From Chrysomallon squamiferum (Eukaryota > Animalia > Mollusca): DNA of 64,000 nt. Under the pieces are notes generated by a model, which ran no database searches, was not told the origin of the DNA, and saw nothing but the letters and a program-made list of their open reading frames with translations. Made by a program: the position numbers and the translations under genes. Of this stretch, positions 1-12,399 are shown piece by piece. Numbering within the stretch: position 1 is the first letter of the stretch; each line of letters opens with the position of its first letter. The stretch lies in the NCBI GenBank assembly GCA_012295275.1, contig CM022675.1, forward strand, positions 5,704,001-5,768,000, given 5' to 3'.

Positions 1-510
1 ACAAACTAAACTGACTGATCTGCCAATCGTTTCCATTTTTTATTTTAATTATACGATATATGTAAACAATCAGAATTAATAATTACGTAGATATTTAACT
101 TTTATATTTTATATGACTTTTTTAAACCACAGACTGGACTGTCAGTGGACTCAGTATCACACAGTTTGAGAGTGAAAGTGACAAACCACATCCGCATGAC
201 CTATAATTAATATTACATGAAAATACAGTGTCATATTATAAAAAATGAAACTAAATATGAAGAGACAAATTAAATACACCCTTACCTCCAAAATAGAAGC
301 AATTAACTAACCAATTCTTTCTAGCTTTTTTCATTTTAATTTGCAGTGCGACTGCCGCCTAACAACAAGCCGCCATTTTAGTCGCGTGATTTGAGATAAC
401 GTGAACCCTCGAGATTATTATTTTGTGCACTTTGTACCCGGTTATTACCCTGACAGAATTTAGAGAGATTAATAGTCGGGCAACGGTTACTTTTGGGTTT
501 ATTTTGTTCG

Positions 511-546
<36 letters not shown>

Positions 547-1834
547 ACTAATAAATCTGTTCCATCAACGTATTCGAAATCTATTACAATTAAGTGAGAA
601 AATTAATCAGCTGAAGTGAAAACTATTTATAATGTATATAAATAAAAGATTATAATTTATGACTGAAGAAATAATAATTTTATATTGCAAAGTTGTATGA
701 AAACAAGTATGAAGTTTTTATGAACAGTTTAATCCTTTATCTACGATTTCTCGTTAAATTGACAGAACTGAGGCGCATTAAATCATTTTCGAAATGCTCT
801 ACACAAAACTTATCGTCTCGGATTTCGAATGTTTAGGAACTTTTATTGGAATGTAAGCTGAATCTCCGAAAGAAGGGTTTCTGCACATAGCCTACATTTT
901 TTTATCTACATTGTTTTGTTTTCTAATATTACTGATTTTGTTTTATTTTCAATATATTCTTTGAGACCAAGTACCTATAATATGGAACAGAACACAGATA
1001 AATTTTAATTCATTCTTGCTGAAACTACCCAGACTTTATTTATCAAAGTTTTTCTCGTCGAGGCGTCTCGCAATGTGTGGTTGCTATGGACATCATTGCT
1101 GAACACAAGGCCAAACTTCCAAAGCAGTTTATCTCAATTCATGATTCTGAGAAATTCACCTTTTTACAACACTAAAAATACCATTGCTAGTTCAATCTTC
1201 ATTGTAATTAACAAACATTACAGTGATAATCTCTGTACGAAAAGTGAATTAATGTCACGTTTCTGATTTTGTAAGCAAAGTAAACTGACTGATCTGCCTA
1301 TCGTTTTGATTTTTTATTTAAATTACACGATACATGTAAACAATCAGAATTAATAATTATGTAGATATTAAATATTTTTATTTTAAATATATTAATGGTA
1401 AACATTTTTGTATTTACCATTAAAACTGTTTTTTAAACGACAGACTCGACTGTCAGTGGACTCAGTATCACACAGTTTGAGTGTGAAAGTGACAAACCGC
1501 ACCCGCATGACCTATAATTAATATTACATGAAAATACAGTGTCATAATATAAAAAATGAAACTAAATATGAAGAGACAAATTAAATACACCCTTACCTCC
1601 AAAATAGAAGCTATTAACTAACCAATTCTTTCTAGTTTTTTTCATTTTAATTTGCGTTGCGACTGCCGCCTAACAACAAGACGCCATCTTAGTCGCATGA
1701 TTTCAGATCATGTGAACCCTCGAGATTATTATTTTGTGTACTTTGTACTCGGTTATTATCTTGACAGAATTTAGAGAGATTGATAGTCGGGCAACGGTTA
1801 TCTTTTGTTTGTTTTTTGTTCGGGTTTTGTGTGT

Positions 1835-1916
<82 letters not shown>

Positions 1917-2967
1917 AATAATAAGTCTGTTCCATCAAGCTATCAGAAAGCTATTACAATTTAGTGAGAAAATTAATCAGCTGAAGTGAAAACTATTTAT
2001 AATGTATATAAATAAAAGATTATAATTTATGACTGAAGAAATAATAATTTTATATTGCAAAGTTGTAACAAAACAAGTATGAAGTTTTTATGAACAATTT
2101 AATCCTATCTCTGGGATTTGTCATTAACTTGACAGAACTGAGGGGCATTAAATCATTTTCGGAATGCTCTGCGCAAAACTTATCGTCTCGGATTTCGAAG
2201 GTTTAGGAACTTTTATTGTAATGCAAGCTGAATCTCCGAAAGGAGGGTTTGTGCATATAGCCTACATTTTCTTATCTACATTGTTTTGTTTTCTAATATT
2301 ATTGATTTTGTTTTATTTTCAATATATTGTTTCAGACCAAGAATCTATAATATTGAACAGAACACAGATAAATTATAATTCTTTCTTGCTGAAACTACCC
2401 ACACTTTATTTATCAAAGTTTTTCTCGTCGAGGCGTCTGGAAATGCTTGTAATTTTGTAAGCAAAGTAAACAGACAGATCTGCCTATCGTTTCCATTTTT
2501 TGTTTTAATTACACGATATATGTAAACAATCAGAATTAATAATTATGTAGATATTTAACATTTATATTTTATATGACTGTTTTTTAAACCACAGACTGGA
2601 ATGTCAGTCGACTCAGTGTCACACAGTTTGAGTGTGAAAGTGACAAACCACACCCGCATGACCTATAATTAATATTACATGAAAATACAATGTCATATTA
2701 TAAAAACATGAAACTAAATATGAAGAGACAAATTAAATACATCCTTACCTCTGAATAGAAGCAATTAACTAACCAATTCCTTCTAGTTTTTTCATTTTAA
2801 TTTGCAGTGCGACTGCCGCCTAACAACAAGGCGCCATTTTAGTCGCGTGATTTGAGATCACGTGAACCCTCGAGATTATTATTTTGTGTACTTTGTACCC
2901 GGTTATTATCTTGACAGAACTTAGATTAATAGTCGGCCAACGCTTATCTTTTGGGATTTTTTTGTTC

Positions 2968-3013
<46 letters not shown>

Positions 3014-3017
3014 TGTC

Positions 3018-3072
<55 letters not shown>

Positions 3073-4165
3073 TAATAAATCTGTTCCATCAATCTGTCAG
3101 AAAGCTATTACAATTAAGTGAGAAAATTAATCAGCTGAAGTGAAAACTATTTACAGTGTACATAAATAAAATATTATAATTTATGACTGAAGAAATAATA
3201 ATTTCATATTGCAAAGTTGTGAGAAAACAAATACGACGTTTTTATGAACAGTTTAATCTTTTATCTACGATTTGTCATTAACTTGACAGAACTGAGGCGC
3301 ATTAAATCATTTTCGAAATGCTCTGTGCAAAACTTATCGTCTCGGATTTCGAAGGTTTAGGAACTTTTATTGTAATGCAAGCTGAATCTCCGAAAGAAGG
3401 GTTTCTGCATATAGCCTACATTTTCTTATCTACATTGTTTTGTTTTCTAATATTATTTATTTTGTTATATTTTCAATATATTCTTTGAGACCAAGTACCT
3501 ATAATATTGAACAGAACACAGATAAATTGTAATTCGTTCTTGCTGAAGCTACCCAGACTTCATTTATCAAAGTTTTTCTCGTCGAGGCGTCTGGAAATGC
3601 TACTAATTTTGTAAGCAAAGTAAACTGACTGATCTGCCTATCGTTTCCATTTTTTGTTTTAATTACACGATATATGTAAACAATCAGAATTAATAATTAT
3701 GTAGATATTTAACATTTTTATTTTAAATATATTAATGGTAAACATTTTTGTATTTACCATTAAAACTGTTTTTTAAACGACAGACTCGACTGTCAGTGGA
3801 CTCAGTATAACACAGTTTGAATGTGAAAGTGACAAACCACACCCGCATGACCTATAATTAATAATACATGAAAATACAGTGTCATATTATAAAAAAATGA
3901 AAGTAAATATGAAGAGACAAATTAAATACACCCTTACCTCTAAATAGAAACAATTAACTATCCAATTCTTTCTAGTTTTTTCATTTTAATTTCCAGTGCG
4001 ACTGCCGCCTAACAACAAGACGCCATTTTAGTCGTATGATTTGAGATAACGTGAACCCTCGAGATTATTATTTTGTGTACTTTGTACCCGGTTATTATCT
4101 TGACAGAATTTAGACAGACTGATAGTCGGGCAACGGTTATCTTATGTTTGTTTTTTGTTCGGGTT

Positions 4166-4207
<42 letters not shown>

Positions 4208-4330
4208 AATAATAAGGTATCCGAAAGCTATTACAATTAAGTGAGAAAATTAATCAGCTTTAGTGAAAACGTTTTACATTGTAAATAAATAAAAGATTAT
4301 AATTTATGACTGAAAAATAATAAAATTGAT
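1..4330 (-). repeat. Tandem array, about 1.15-1.3 kb unit, about 3.5-4 copies, each a paralog of the 27716-28620 promoter/first-exon region plus a (GT)n tract
   Basis: Donor motif CTTACCTC recurs (exon ends 286, 1597, 2749, 3938; spacings 1311, 1152, 1189). CGCCAT(T/C)TT occurs at about 371, 1682, 2832 and 4021. CCTCGAGATTATTATTTTGT is shared with 28575-28592. Confidence 0.9.
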
Positions 4331-4399
4331 CTTGCGACTAAATTGTGTATTTAAGAAAAAATAATCTCGCTTCTGAATTTGTACATCTGATAATTTCAG

Positions 4400-5140
4400 A
4401 GTAAATATTTGAATTGCTGTCTGTGAATTCAAGTGGAGTGTTAACTGCTGTTTTTATTTGACTCTATTGTTCTGAAGCAATCAGTTTGTAAAGATTTCTG
4501 ACTAGTTTTCTTTTGCACCTAGCGAGGTCCATAGTTGAGTTATGCAATCAGATCAAATGTTGATCATTAGCATGCATCTTGCTCTAAATACATAAAACAA
4601 AGCAAACAAAGTAGAAATTAGAAATTAGTAAATAATATCAAGACAAATAAGAAACAAAGAATAAGAAAAACAACAAAACTCCATCTGCTTAACAGCTATC
4701 AGTTAAGATGCCCTTTTTAAAGGACTGAAAAAAAAAAATGAATTCACAGAAAACAAACTGCTGTTACATGGTATATATAACTTATTAAATATAAAGGATA
4801 ACTACACTGAACACACCATTCTTGAATAAATTAGAACACAACATCTAAAATGCTACTGCAGTTTTCTGAGTAATGTCGAGAAGAAAAAATCTCAGCCATA
4901 TACACACAGAATAATGACAAGAAAAACAAATATAAATATACACTTGTAACAATATATGGACAGAAATAAAAATAAACACACACATGCCTCAACAAGTGTC
5001 TTTCTCATAATCATACATAAAATGTTAAAACATGTAATAAAAAAGTTAGGTGAGATGTTTGTACATTCATGTTTCACTTGAAGACAAAAGAAACTCTGGA
5101 ATTATATTCACTTTACATTAATCTATCGAGACCGATATAA
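4400..5140. repeat. About 740-bp duplicated segment; inverted copy of 10275-11062, same orientation as about 48640-49430
   Basis: Near-identical reverse complements, e.g. gtaaatatttgaattgctgt...actctattgttctgaagcaatc versus 10981-11062. The three MKHE/G..TN ORFs at 4892, 10338 and 49156 mark the copies. Confidence 0.9.
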
Positions 5141-6164
5141 CATTCAGATTTTTTCACGAGAAAGCGAGTGAAATTGTATTTCCTCTAAAGTTATCAGATT
5201 TACAGATTCAAACGCGAGTTGAGTTGTTTAAAAGTACAAATCAGTCGAAATTTAAATTTGTTACTTAATTTAGCAATCACTATTTATTTTTTGTTTCGTC
5301 ATTTCTTTTATTACTTAATTTTTGTATTTCTTCGATCACAATTAGGGTTATTTATTTATTTATTAACATCACAAAACCTGATTATTATAGTTTTCGGATA
5401 TATAATATATTCAATGTTATATAATTATGATTGTAATGTAAGCACAGTTTAAGGAAGTTAGATCGCTAAGAAAAATTTTAAATTCAGTTTCAAATGATAA
5501 GATTTCATTTAGAATTAATAAATTAATAATATTTTTATTTGTACAAATTAGTGTCAAATGGTGGAGCCAGTACAAACTGAATGTTTTAAGGTGAAAATTG
5601 TAGTCGTCATTATTCATCATGCACTTACGAAATTTTGGTGAGTCATCCTTAGTTATCAATAAGCCCCTATAAGGATAATTGTATTTACGATATTTAATAA
5701 TCAGAGTGAACTCTATATCAAGGGAGATAACCCAGTTTGTGTATTTATTTATTTATAGTATTAAAGATAACTATCAGTAGTAGGTGAAGTGACACCCAGA
5801 TATTACTGCACAATCATCAGTATGAATAGTAGTAATAAAGCTTTGGCAGTCCGATCCTTTCGGCATTTGCTAAGGAAGTAATAGAGAAAAATAGTTGCAG
5901 TAGGAATTTCAAAATAAGGTATGTGTCATTTTTATTTTTATTGCTGAGCTGATACTACGCATGCGTAGTTTATTTACATTTTTGAACTCATAGAAGAAAG
6001 ATGTAAAACTTAATTGTGATGTATGCAACTGTATAGTAAATAATATTAAAATATATTTTAAATTATTTTCTAATTATGTATATTTTATACGATTTATTTA
6101 ATAGTGTAATATATTATAACTTTATATTTTGTAGACATTAACTTATTAAGAATTTAAGAAGAAA

Positions 6165-7308
6165 ATGAATTGGTCAGAAATGGGTGTAGAAGAAGCTAGT
6201 GGAAGTTGTATGGGAAACATTATTACAAATCCAGAAGATGTAAAAGACACGATGAAGAATTTGGAGGCAAAAGGAAAATGTTTCAAAAGTGAATTATCAG
6301 AAGAAGATTTCTAAGATGAAAGTGATGTGCCAGAAGTCAACGAAAAGAAGAATTAGAAGAATATTTATCAGCAGAAGGTTTTAGTGATGTACTATTCAAA
6401 GTCAAAGAAAATGCTGTCGGAAAGGTTTAAATGGATGACGACTCGAGTATTGTCACAGTATCATTTGGAGACGATTTTCGATCGAAGACAGAAGATCCTT
6501 CAGTATTTGAGATGAAACATATTAATCCTATGAACGTGAAATGGAAGAAAATTTTTAATAAATTGCTTTGCTCTGAGTATATAAAAGTAAAAATAATATT
6601 AGAAATAGTACAGTAGATAGATGGGGTACTCCAACTGATTTATCTTCAGAATGGAGTCCTCGATTTATGTCCTTCTTGACATTACCCAAAGGGATGATGT
6701 CTGGTAAAGGGGTTAATGATCGTGCAAACGATTTTGGTTTTCCACCTTATCCGGACGATGTGAGTACAATTTCTTTCATTCATAGATCGAAAGAGAAAAT
6801 GCAAAAGAGAAAGAAGTCGTATTCCATCTGTCCGTCTGATAAGGTGAGTTGTCCCGAGTACACACACATGCACGTGCTATGAAATAGGTTTTATAAAGTG
6901 ATGAAATTCAGTGATCTTACTATTAAAAAGATGAAGAATCATCTATTGGTCCGAAACAATGTATTCAGTCTATCTTTCGAAAGAGTAGATGGTGAGGATC
7001 TTATGAAAGTTTTGTCTGTATTTAAGAGGCACGAATACATCTTTCTCGGATCAACTGACCCTCATTTATTGGGAATGTATAAAATAACATTACCTTGTAA
7101 TGATAAAAAGGCCAGTGATTATTTATATTTAGTAAAGAATATAAATAAGCCAGTGGAAGAAAAGAATAAAGTGAGCTTACGAGCATTGTATGTACCTTAT
7201 GTATTATTCAAGTCTACTACTTTTTGTAAGACATATTTAGTGGAGACTTTTGGAACAGAAGAAGAAGAAAAGATTATTAAAGAGTGTTGTCTGAATATTA
7301 AGATATGA
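6165..7308 (+). pseudogene. Decayed ORF (about 380 aa) of a virus/transposon-like element with HUH-endonuclease-like motifs, copy 1
   Basis: ATG at 6165 follows a GT-AG intron (5919-6134). Stops and frameshifts occur at 6312, about 6345, 6428 and about 6615. ORFs 6667-6882 and 6898-7308 share one frame split by a TGA. Motifs YTHMHVL and YLVK are present; AATAAA at about 7554. Confidence 0.5.
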
Positions 7309-7934
7309 TTAATGAATTACTTAAAAGTAGAAAGACTTGATGAAATAGTTTAAAATAATATCTATTTCTTTATTTCTTTATTTATTTATTTATTTATTGT
7401 TTAACTTTTATTTTATTTTTATTTTTATCATATATTTTATTAAATGGTGATATATACTTAATTATCATATTTTTATTGTATTATCTTTATTGATTGTAAT
7501 ATATTATTTTTATATTTCCTTGTAATTTAATGTGATTTTGAAAAATGAATTGTAATAAATGATAAAAATTATACCATTCTTTGTCACTAATTAAAGTATT
7601 TTCATTTTATTTATAAATTCAAAAACTGTGAGTAATGTATTATTTAATATTTATAAGTATTTTAACTTTATTTGTTCTTTAATAATTTTGAAATAATAAA
7701 ATTTATCTGATCCTTTATTGTGTGCATGCCATCAACTCAGTAACAATACTGGCGGAAATGACCTTTCCGACCTTACACAATGTCGTGTAATAGGAAGACT
7801 TCCAGTTCTTCTTTAATTCAGTCGGCGCAAGAGGAGAGAACTCCTGCAGGTTTCATGAAAAGTGGAGTTACCGTACAATGGTTTAAGTCCTATGTGCGCT
7901 CATGAACTGTGATGATAGCAAATTATTTGCAGAA

Positions 7935-8110
7935 GCTTCATTCCGACCCTGACACCGGGTTGTGACCCCACCGGAAGTCGGAAGCGGAAAGGGAAGGCGG
8001 ACTGGACCAATCTGATCGTTTGAAATGGCCTGTATAGCGTTTGTCTGGAACGTAGATAAACTGAGAACAGAAAGTGAATGCGTTGCAGCTTCGAGACAGG
8101 ACCGACCTGT
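7935..8110 (+). promoter_or_regulatory. Promoter-like block in the element: ETS sites, CCAAT and TATA-like box (paralog 53000-53170)
   Basis: CCGGAAGTCGGAAGCGGAA at 7971, CCAAT at 8007, and TGTATAG (TATATAG in copy 2 at about 53094). Confidence 0.45.
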
Positions 8111-8399
8111 TTCTTGTAACTGCATAGACATTTAAATATTTTACAGGACGTAGATTTAATTTGTACACATAAGTTTTACAATGTTTGATTAAGTACAATT
8201 ACATGTACTTACCTTTAACAGTTCAAAATAGGTGATTGTACGATAAAATCCATCCTCGAAGAATAAAAATACAAGTTTTAATATCAGACTTATAGCACAC
8301 ATATACTGACGAAGTGGATTCTTATGACTATAAAGTTTAACATAAATGTTTGAATAAGTTAAAACAAAAAATACCACCACTGTCACATACATTTTGTCG

Positions 8400-9378
8400 C
8401 AAAACAAATAGTCTGGAGTTTTGTAGTTTACTCAAAAAGAATGTTACTGGAAAATATCCGTCTATTGCATTTTTAATGAAAATGTCTGCTATAATGTATA
8501 CATCTATGTTTTGTTGGAACATGGAATTGATCCTAATAGAACAGACAGATATGAAAATTCTGCTTTATATGCAGTCTGTTAAATAGGAGTCTGCTATAAC
8601 AATAGCAGCTAAATATGAAAATATACAAATTCTGAGAGCACTGATTGATAAACGTGCTCATATAAATCTTAAAAACAATAGTGGTGAAACTGCTCCCTAT
8701 ACAGCTTTAAGTTATCTTGAAACTTCTGATTATATATATATATATATTTACTGTAACATGGAGCTGATCCTAATATGACAAACAATGGTAACAATTCTGT
8801 TTTACATCTAGCAGCTAAACATGGAAATATAAAAATTGTGACAGCACTGATTGAAAAAGGTGTTGATGTTAACATTGTAAACAACAAAGGCAAAACTCCT
8901 CTTCAGACAGCTCTAAATTGTTATGAGCGGCATTCATATAAACATCTCTGATTATAGCTGTGAAGTACAAACATGACCAAGTAGTTTTGCTTTTACTGGA
9001 ACACGGAGCTTGTGGTATTTTAACAGACAGTGGTAACAATCGTCTTTTATACAAAGCAGTAAAATGTGGAAATACAGAAATTGTGAGAATACTGACTGAA
9101 AAAGGTGTGGATATAAATCTCAAAACAGAGATGGTGAAACTGCTGTCCATAGAGCTTTAAATGATCATATATTTATTCCTAGTGAATGTTCGAAAATAGT
9201 TTCGCTTTTACTGGAACATGGAGCTGATCCTAATTTAATAGACAATCATACCAATTCTGTTTTACATGTAGCAATTAAATATGGAAATATAGAAATTGTG
9301 AGACCACTGATAGAAAATAGTTTTAACGTAAACATTAAAAACAAAAAAGGTCAAACTCCTCTCTGCACAGCTTTATTG
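8400..9378 (+). pseudogene. Decayed ankyrin-repeat fragment of the same family
   Basis: Repeated gaacatggagctgatcctaat / aattctgttttaca / ggaaatatagaaattgtg motifs with many frameshifts and stops; ORF 8960-9160 reads LLEHGA...AVKCGNTEIVRILTEKGVDIN. Confidence 0.9.
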
Positions 9379-11803
9379 TTTTTAATATTTACGGCATCAG
9401 ACTGAGCTACGGGCAGATAACTCATCCAGGGCGACAACTCCACTTTTAATGAAACCTGAATGTGTTGTCTCCTCTTAGGCCGACTCGAGAAAAGAAGAAA
9501 AGGAACTTTTCCTGTTGCACAACATTATGTAAGGTCGGAAAGGCCATTTCCGCCAGTGTTATTACTCAGTTGATGGCTTGCACAAAATAAAAGGTAAGAT
9601 AAATTTTATTATTTCAAAATTATTAAAGAATGAATAATTGCATGTATCTGTGTGTCTGTGTGTGTTAATCCAATAAGTGCCAATATATTTCTGCAGTGTT
9701 GTCGTTATTTATTTTGTAAAAAAACAAAAAAATGCTTGACTTTGCAGTTTTTCTAAATGTGGTTTATGTATAAGTTCTACTTCCGATTATACATGTGTGT
9801 TTTTATACGCTAGATTTTGAATAGAAAGAATGAGAGGGAGCGAAAAACACAGCAAATTCTGAAGGATGCGGAAAAAGAAGGAATATTACTAATTTACTAA
9901 AATACTGTAGTATAAATGTTCTTATTTTCATACCATATCAATATGTTTATTAGAATATTATTCTATTTTATATGTATGTTCGTTTTGAACGTATGAATTA
10001 ATGGTTCTTTTTATAAATGTTTTTTAGCAATAATAAAGGTTGGTGTTTGTTTTTATTCTCAAAATCTATATTTCAACTTAGGAAATTATTTTAATATCGT
10101 ACACTGTACTAATGAAAATATGAATAGAAGTTGAACTTTTATCAATATTTTATAGCATTTTTAAAACATTAAGCATTCTTTTGATGTTGGTTATCTTTCC
10201 TTTTTTTTTTTATTTTTTTTTTTAATGAAGAATTGTTCCTCTGTTTCAATTTATCATTATTTGTTTATATTTGATTATATCGGTCTCGATAGATTAATGT
10301 AAAGTGAATATAATTCCAGAGTTTCTTTTGTCTTCAAGTGAAACATGAATCTACAAACGTCTCACCTAACTTTTTTATTATATGTTTTAACATTTTATGT
10401 ATGATTATGAGAAAGACACTTGTTGAGGCATGTGTGTGTTTATTTTTATTTGTGTCCGTATGTTGTTACAAGTGTATATTTATATTTGTTTTTGTTGTCA
10501 TTATTCTGGGTGTATATGGCTGAAATTGTGTTTTAAGAATTAAAAAAGTGTCATGTTCGATATGAAATTTTTGGTCTTCTCAACATTATTCAGAAAACTG
10601 CAGTAGCATTTTAGATGTTGTGTTCTAATTTATTCAAGAATAGTGTGTTCAGTGTAGTTATCCTTTATATTTAATAAATTATATATACCATGTAACAGCT
10701 GTTTGTTTTCTGAGAATTATTTTTTTTCAGTCCTTTAAAAAGGGCATCTTAACTCATAGCTGTTAAGCAGATGGAGTTTTGTTGTTTTTCTTATTCTTTG
10801 TTTCTTATTTGTCTTGATGTTATTTCTTAATTTTTAATTTCTACTTTGTTTGCTTTGTTTTATGCATTTAGAGCAAGATGCATGGTAATGATCAACATTC
10901 GATCTGATTACATAACTCAACTATGGAACTCACAAGGTGCAAAAGAAAAATGTTTACCTAGTCAGAAATCTTTACAAACTGATTGCTTCAGAACAATAGA
11001 GTCAGATGAAAACAGCAGTTAACACTCCACTTGAATTCACACACAGCCATTCAAATATTTACAAACCTAAATATGTTATGATAAAGTTCAAGAGTAAATT
11101 TTGATTTTTGCGGAAAGGCATCTTCTACAAGACACTTGCAGTATGGTTTGTTTTATGTCAGTTATTGGGTGCTCCTTGGAAAGTCAAATGTTTTAAATCT
11201 ATAACATTTTTATTCCATTTCTTTAATAATGTGTAAAGTAGAGACTATTAAGTAAAACTATGCTAATAAGAAAAAACAAAATACATGAAGACTCAGATTA
11301 AAATATTTATTGTATTTAATTTTTAATAGTGTTACAAGGTTAATTTAACACCGACACCTTAAAAATGTATACATAATTTGTATTAATTCTCTGACTTGAC
11401 AAATTTACACAATTCGATTTTCTAATGAACTACTTATATAAACTTTTGTATTATATATGTATATATATTGTTTTCTATATTGTATGTATCTGTCTAACTG
11501 TCTATATAATGTATTCCCCCAAATAGGCATCTAATTAATATAAATGTGTGTATGTGCGTGTGTGTGTGTGTGTGTGTGTGTTTCTCTATGTGTGTGTGTC
11601 AGTTACTATAGAGTTGTTCATAGTATTTCATATAATTGTGTACTTAACATTACATGGATGCCATAAATGAAAAGAAATTGAATTGGTAAAAATAAAAAAT
11701 AGATAATTCAATAACACTAAACATTAATTGTATAATTAAGTAACAAATAAATAAATAAATCATCGTAGTAATAATCGTAATAATAATAATAATAATAATA
11801 ATA

Positions 11804-11834
<31 letters not shown>

Positions 11835-12399
11835 TAGTTTCTCTCAATCAAAAAAATTAAGTTGTGATTCCTTGACTGAATCAATTATTAATGTTGTAAT
11901 AAAACAACTAAAAATCCTATTAGTTTAGTTTTCAGTTTATGGCAGAGGTATACGAAATAGACTTTGTAATATTTTCTCATTCGTGATTGTATAGATCAGT
12001 TTTTATTTACTTACTTTCGTGAGTGTGAGTGCTAAATTATTAATTCTCATTTCTTAAATGAAAAAACATTTATAATAAACTTGAAACAAAATAATAATCA
12101 AGTATTAGTAATAGATTCTTACTTTCTATATATCAGTCATTAATCATCTTGAAAATCTAGACAACTGTTTCAGACATTCACATTTACTGTTTTGATAAAT
12201 TTGAAATAATTACTTAAATCAACAATTTAAACAGTAACTAAATGAATTTTAAATTAGTATTAGAAACAAAATAAGGCTATAGAACTATATTAAATACATA
12301 AACAAATATGATAGAAAAAGGCACCAAGGTAATAATAATAATACTAAACAGATCTTGAAGATAACTAAACAAAATATTTGTATCAAAATCAATAAGATA

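Larger units (their letters stand above)
7675..9630. repeat. About 200-bp inverted repeat pair (7675-7872 and 9435-9630) of a dispersed repeat, third copy 52690-52925
   Basis: ctggcggaaatgacctttccgaccttacacaatgt (7750) is close to the reverse complement of acattatgtaaggtcggaaaggccatttccgccag (9522-9556). Confidence 0.85.

Noticed and set aside
1703-4209. ORFs with HTHT/CVCV runs (also at 29 kb, 50.5 kb, 53.6 kb, and poly-I/L/Y ORFs at 34-40 kb)
   Set aside because: Translations of microsatellites; no coding signal.
10338-10523. Three similar 61-70 aa hydrophobic ORFs (4892, 10338, 49156) as a small-protein family
   Set aside because: They lie inside duplicated non-coding flank, two start with GTG, and they are no more conserved than the surrounding DNA.
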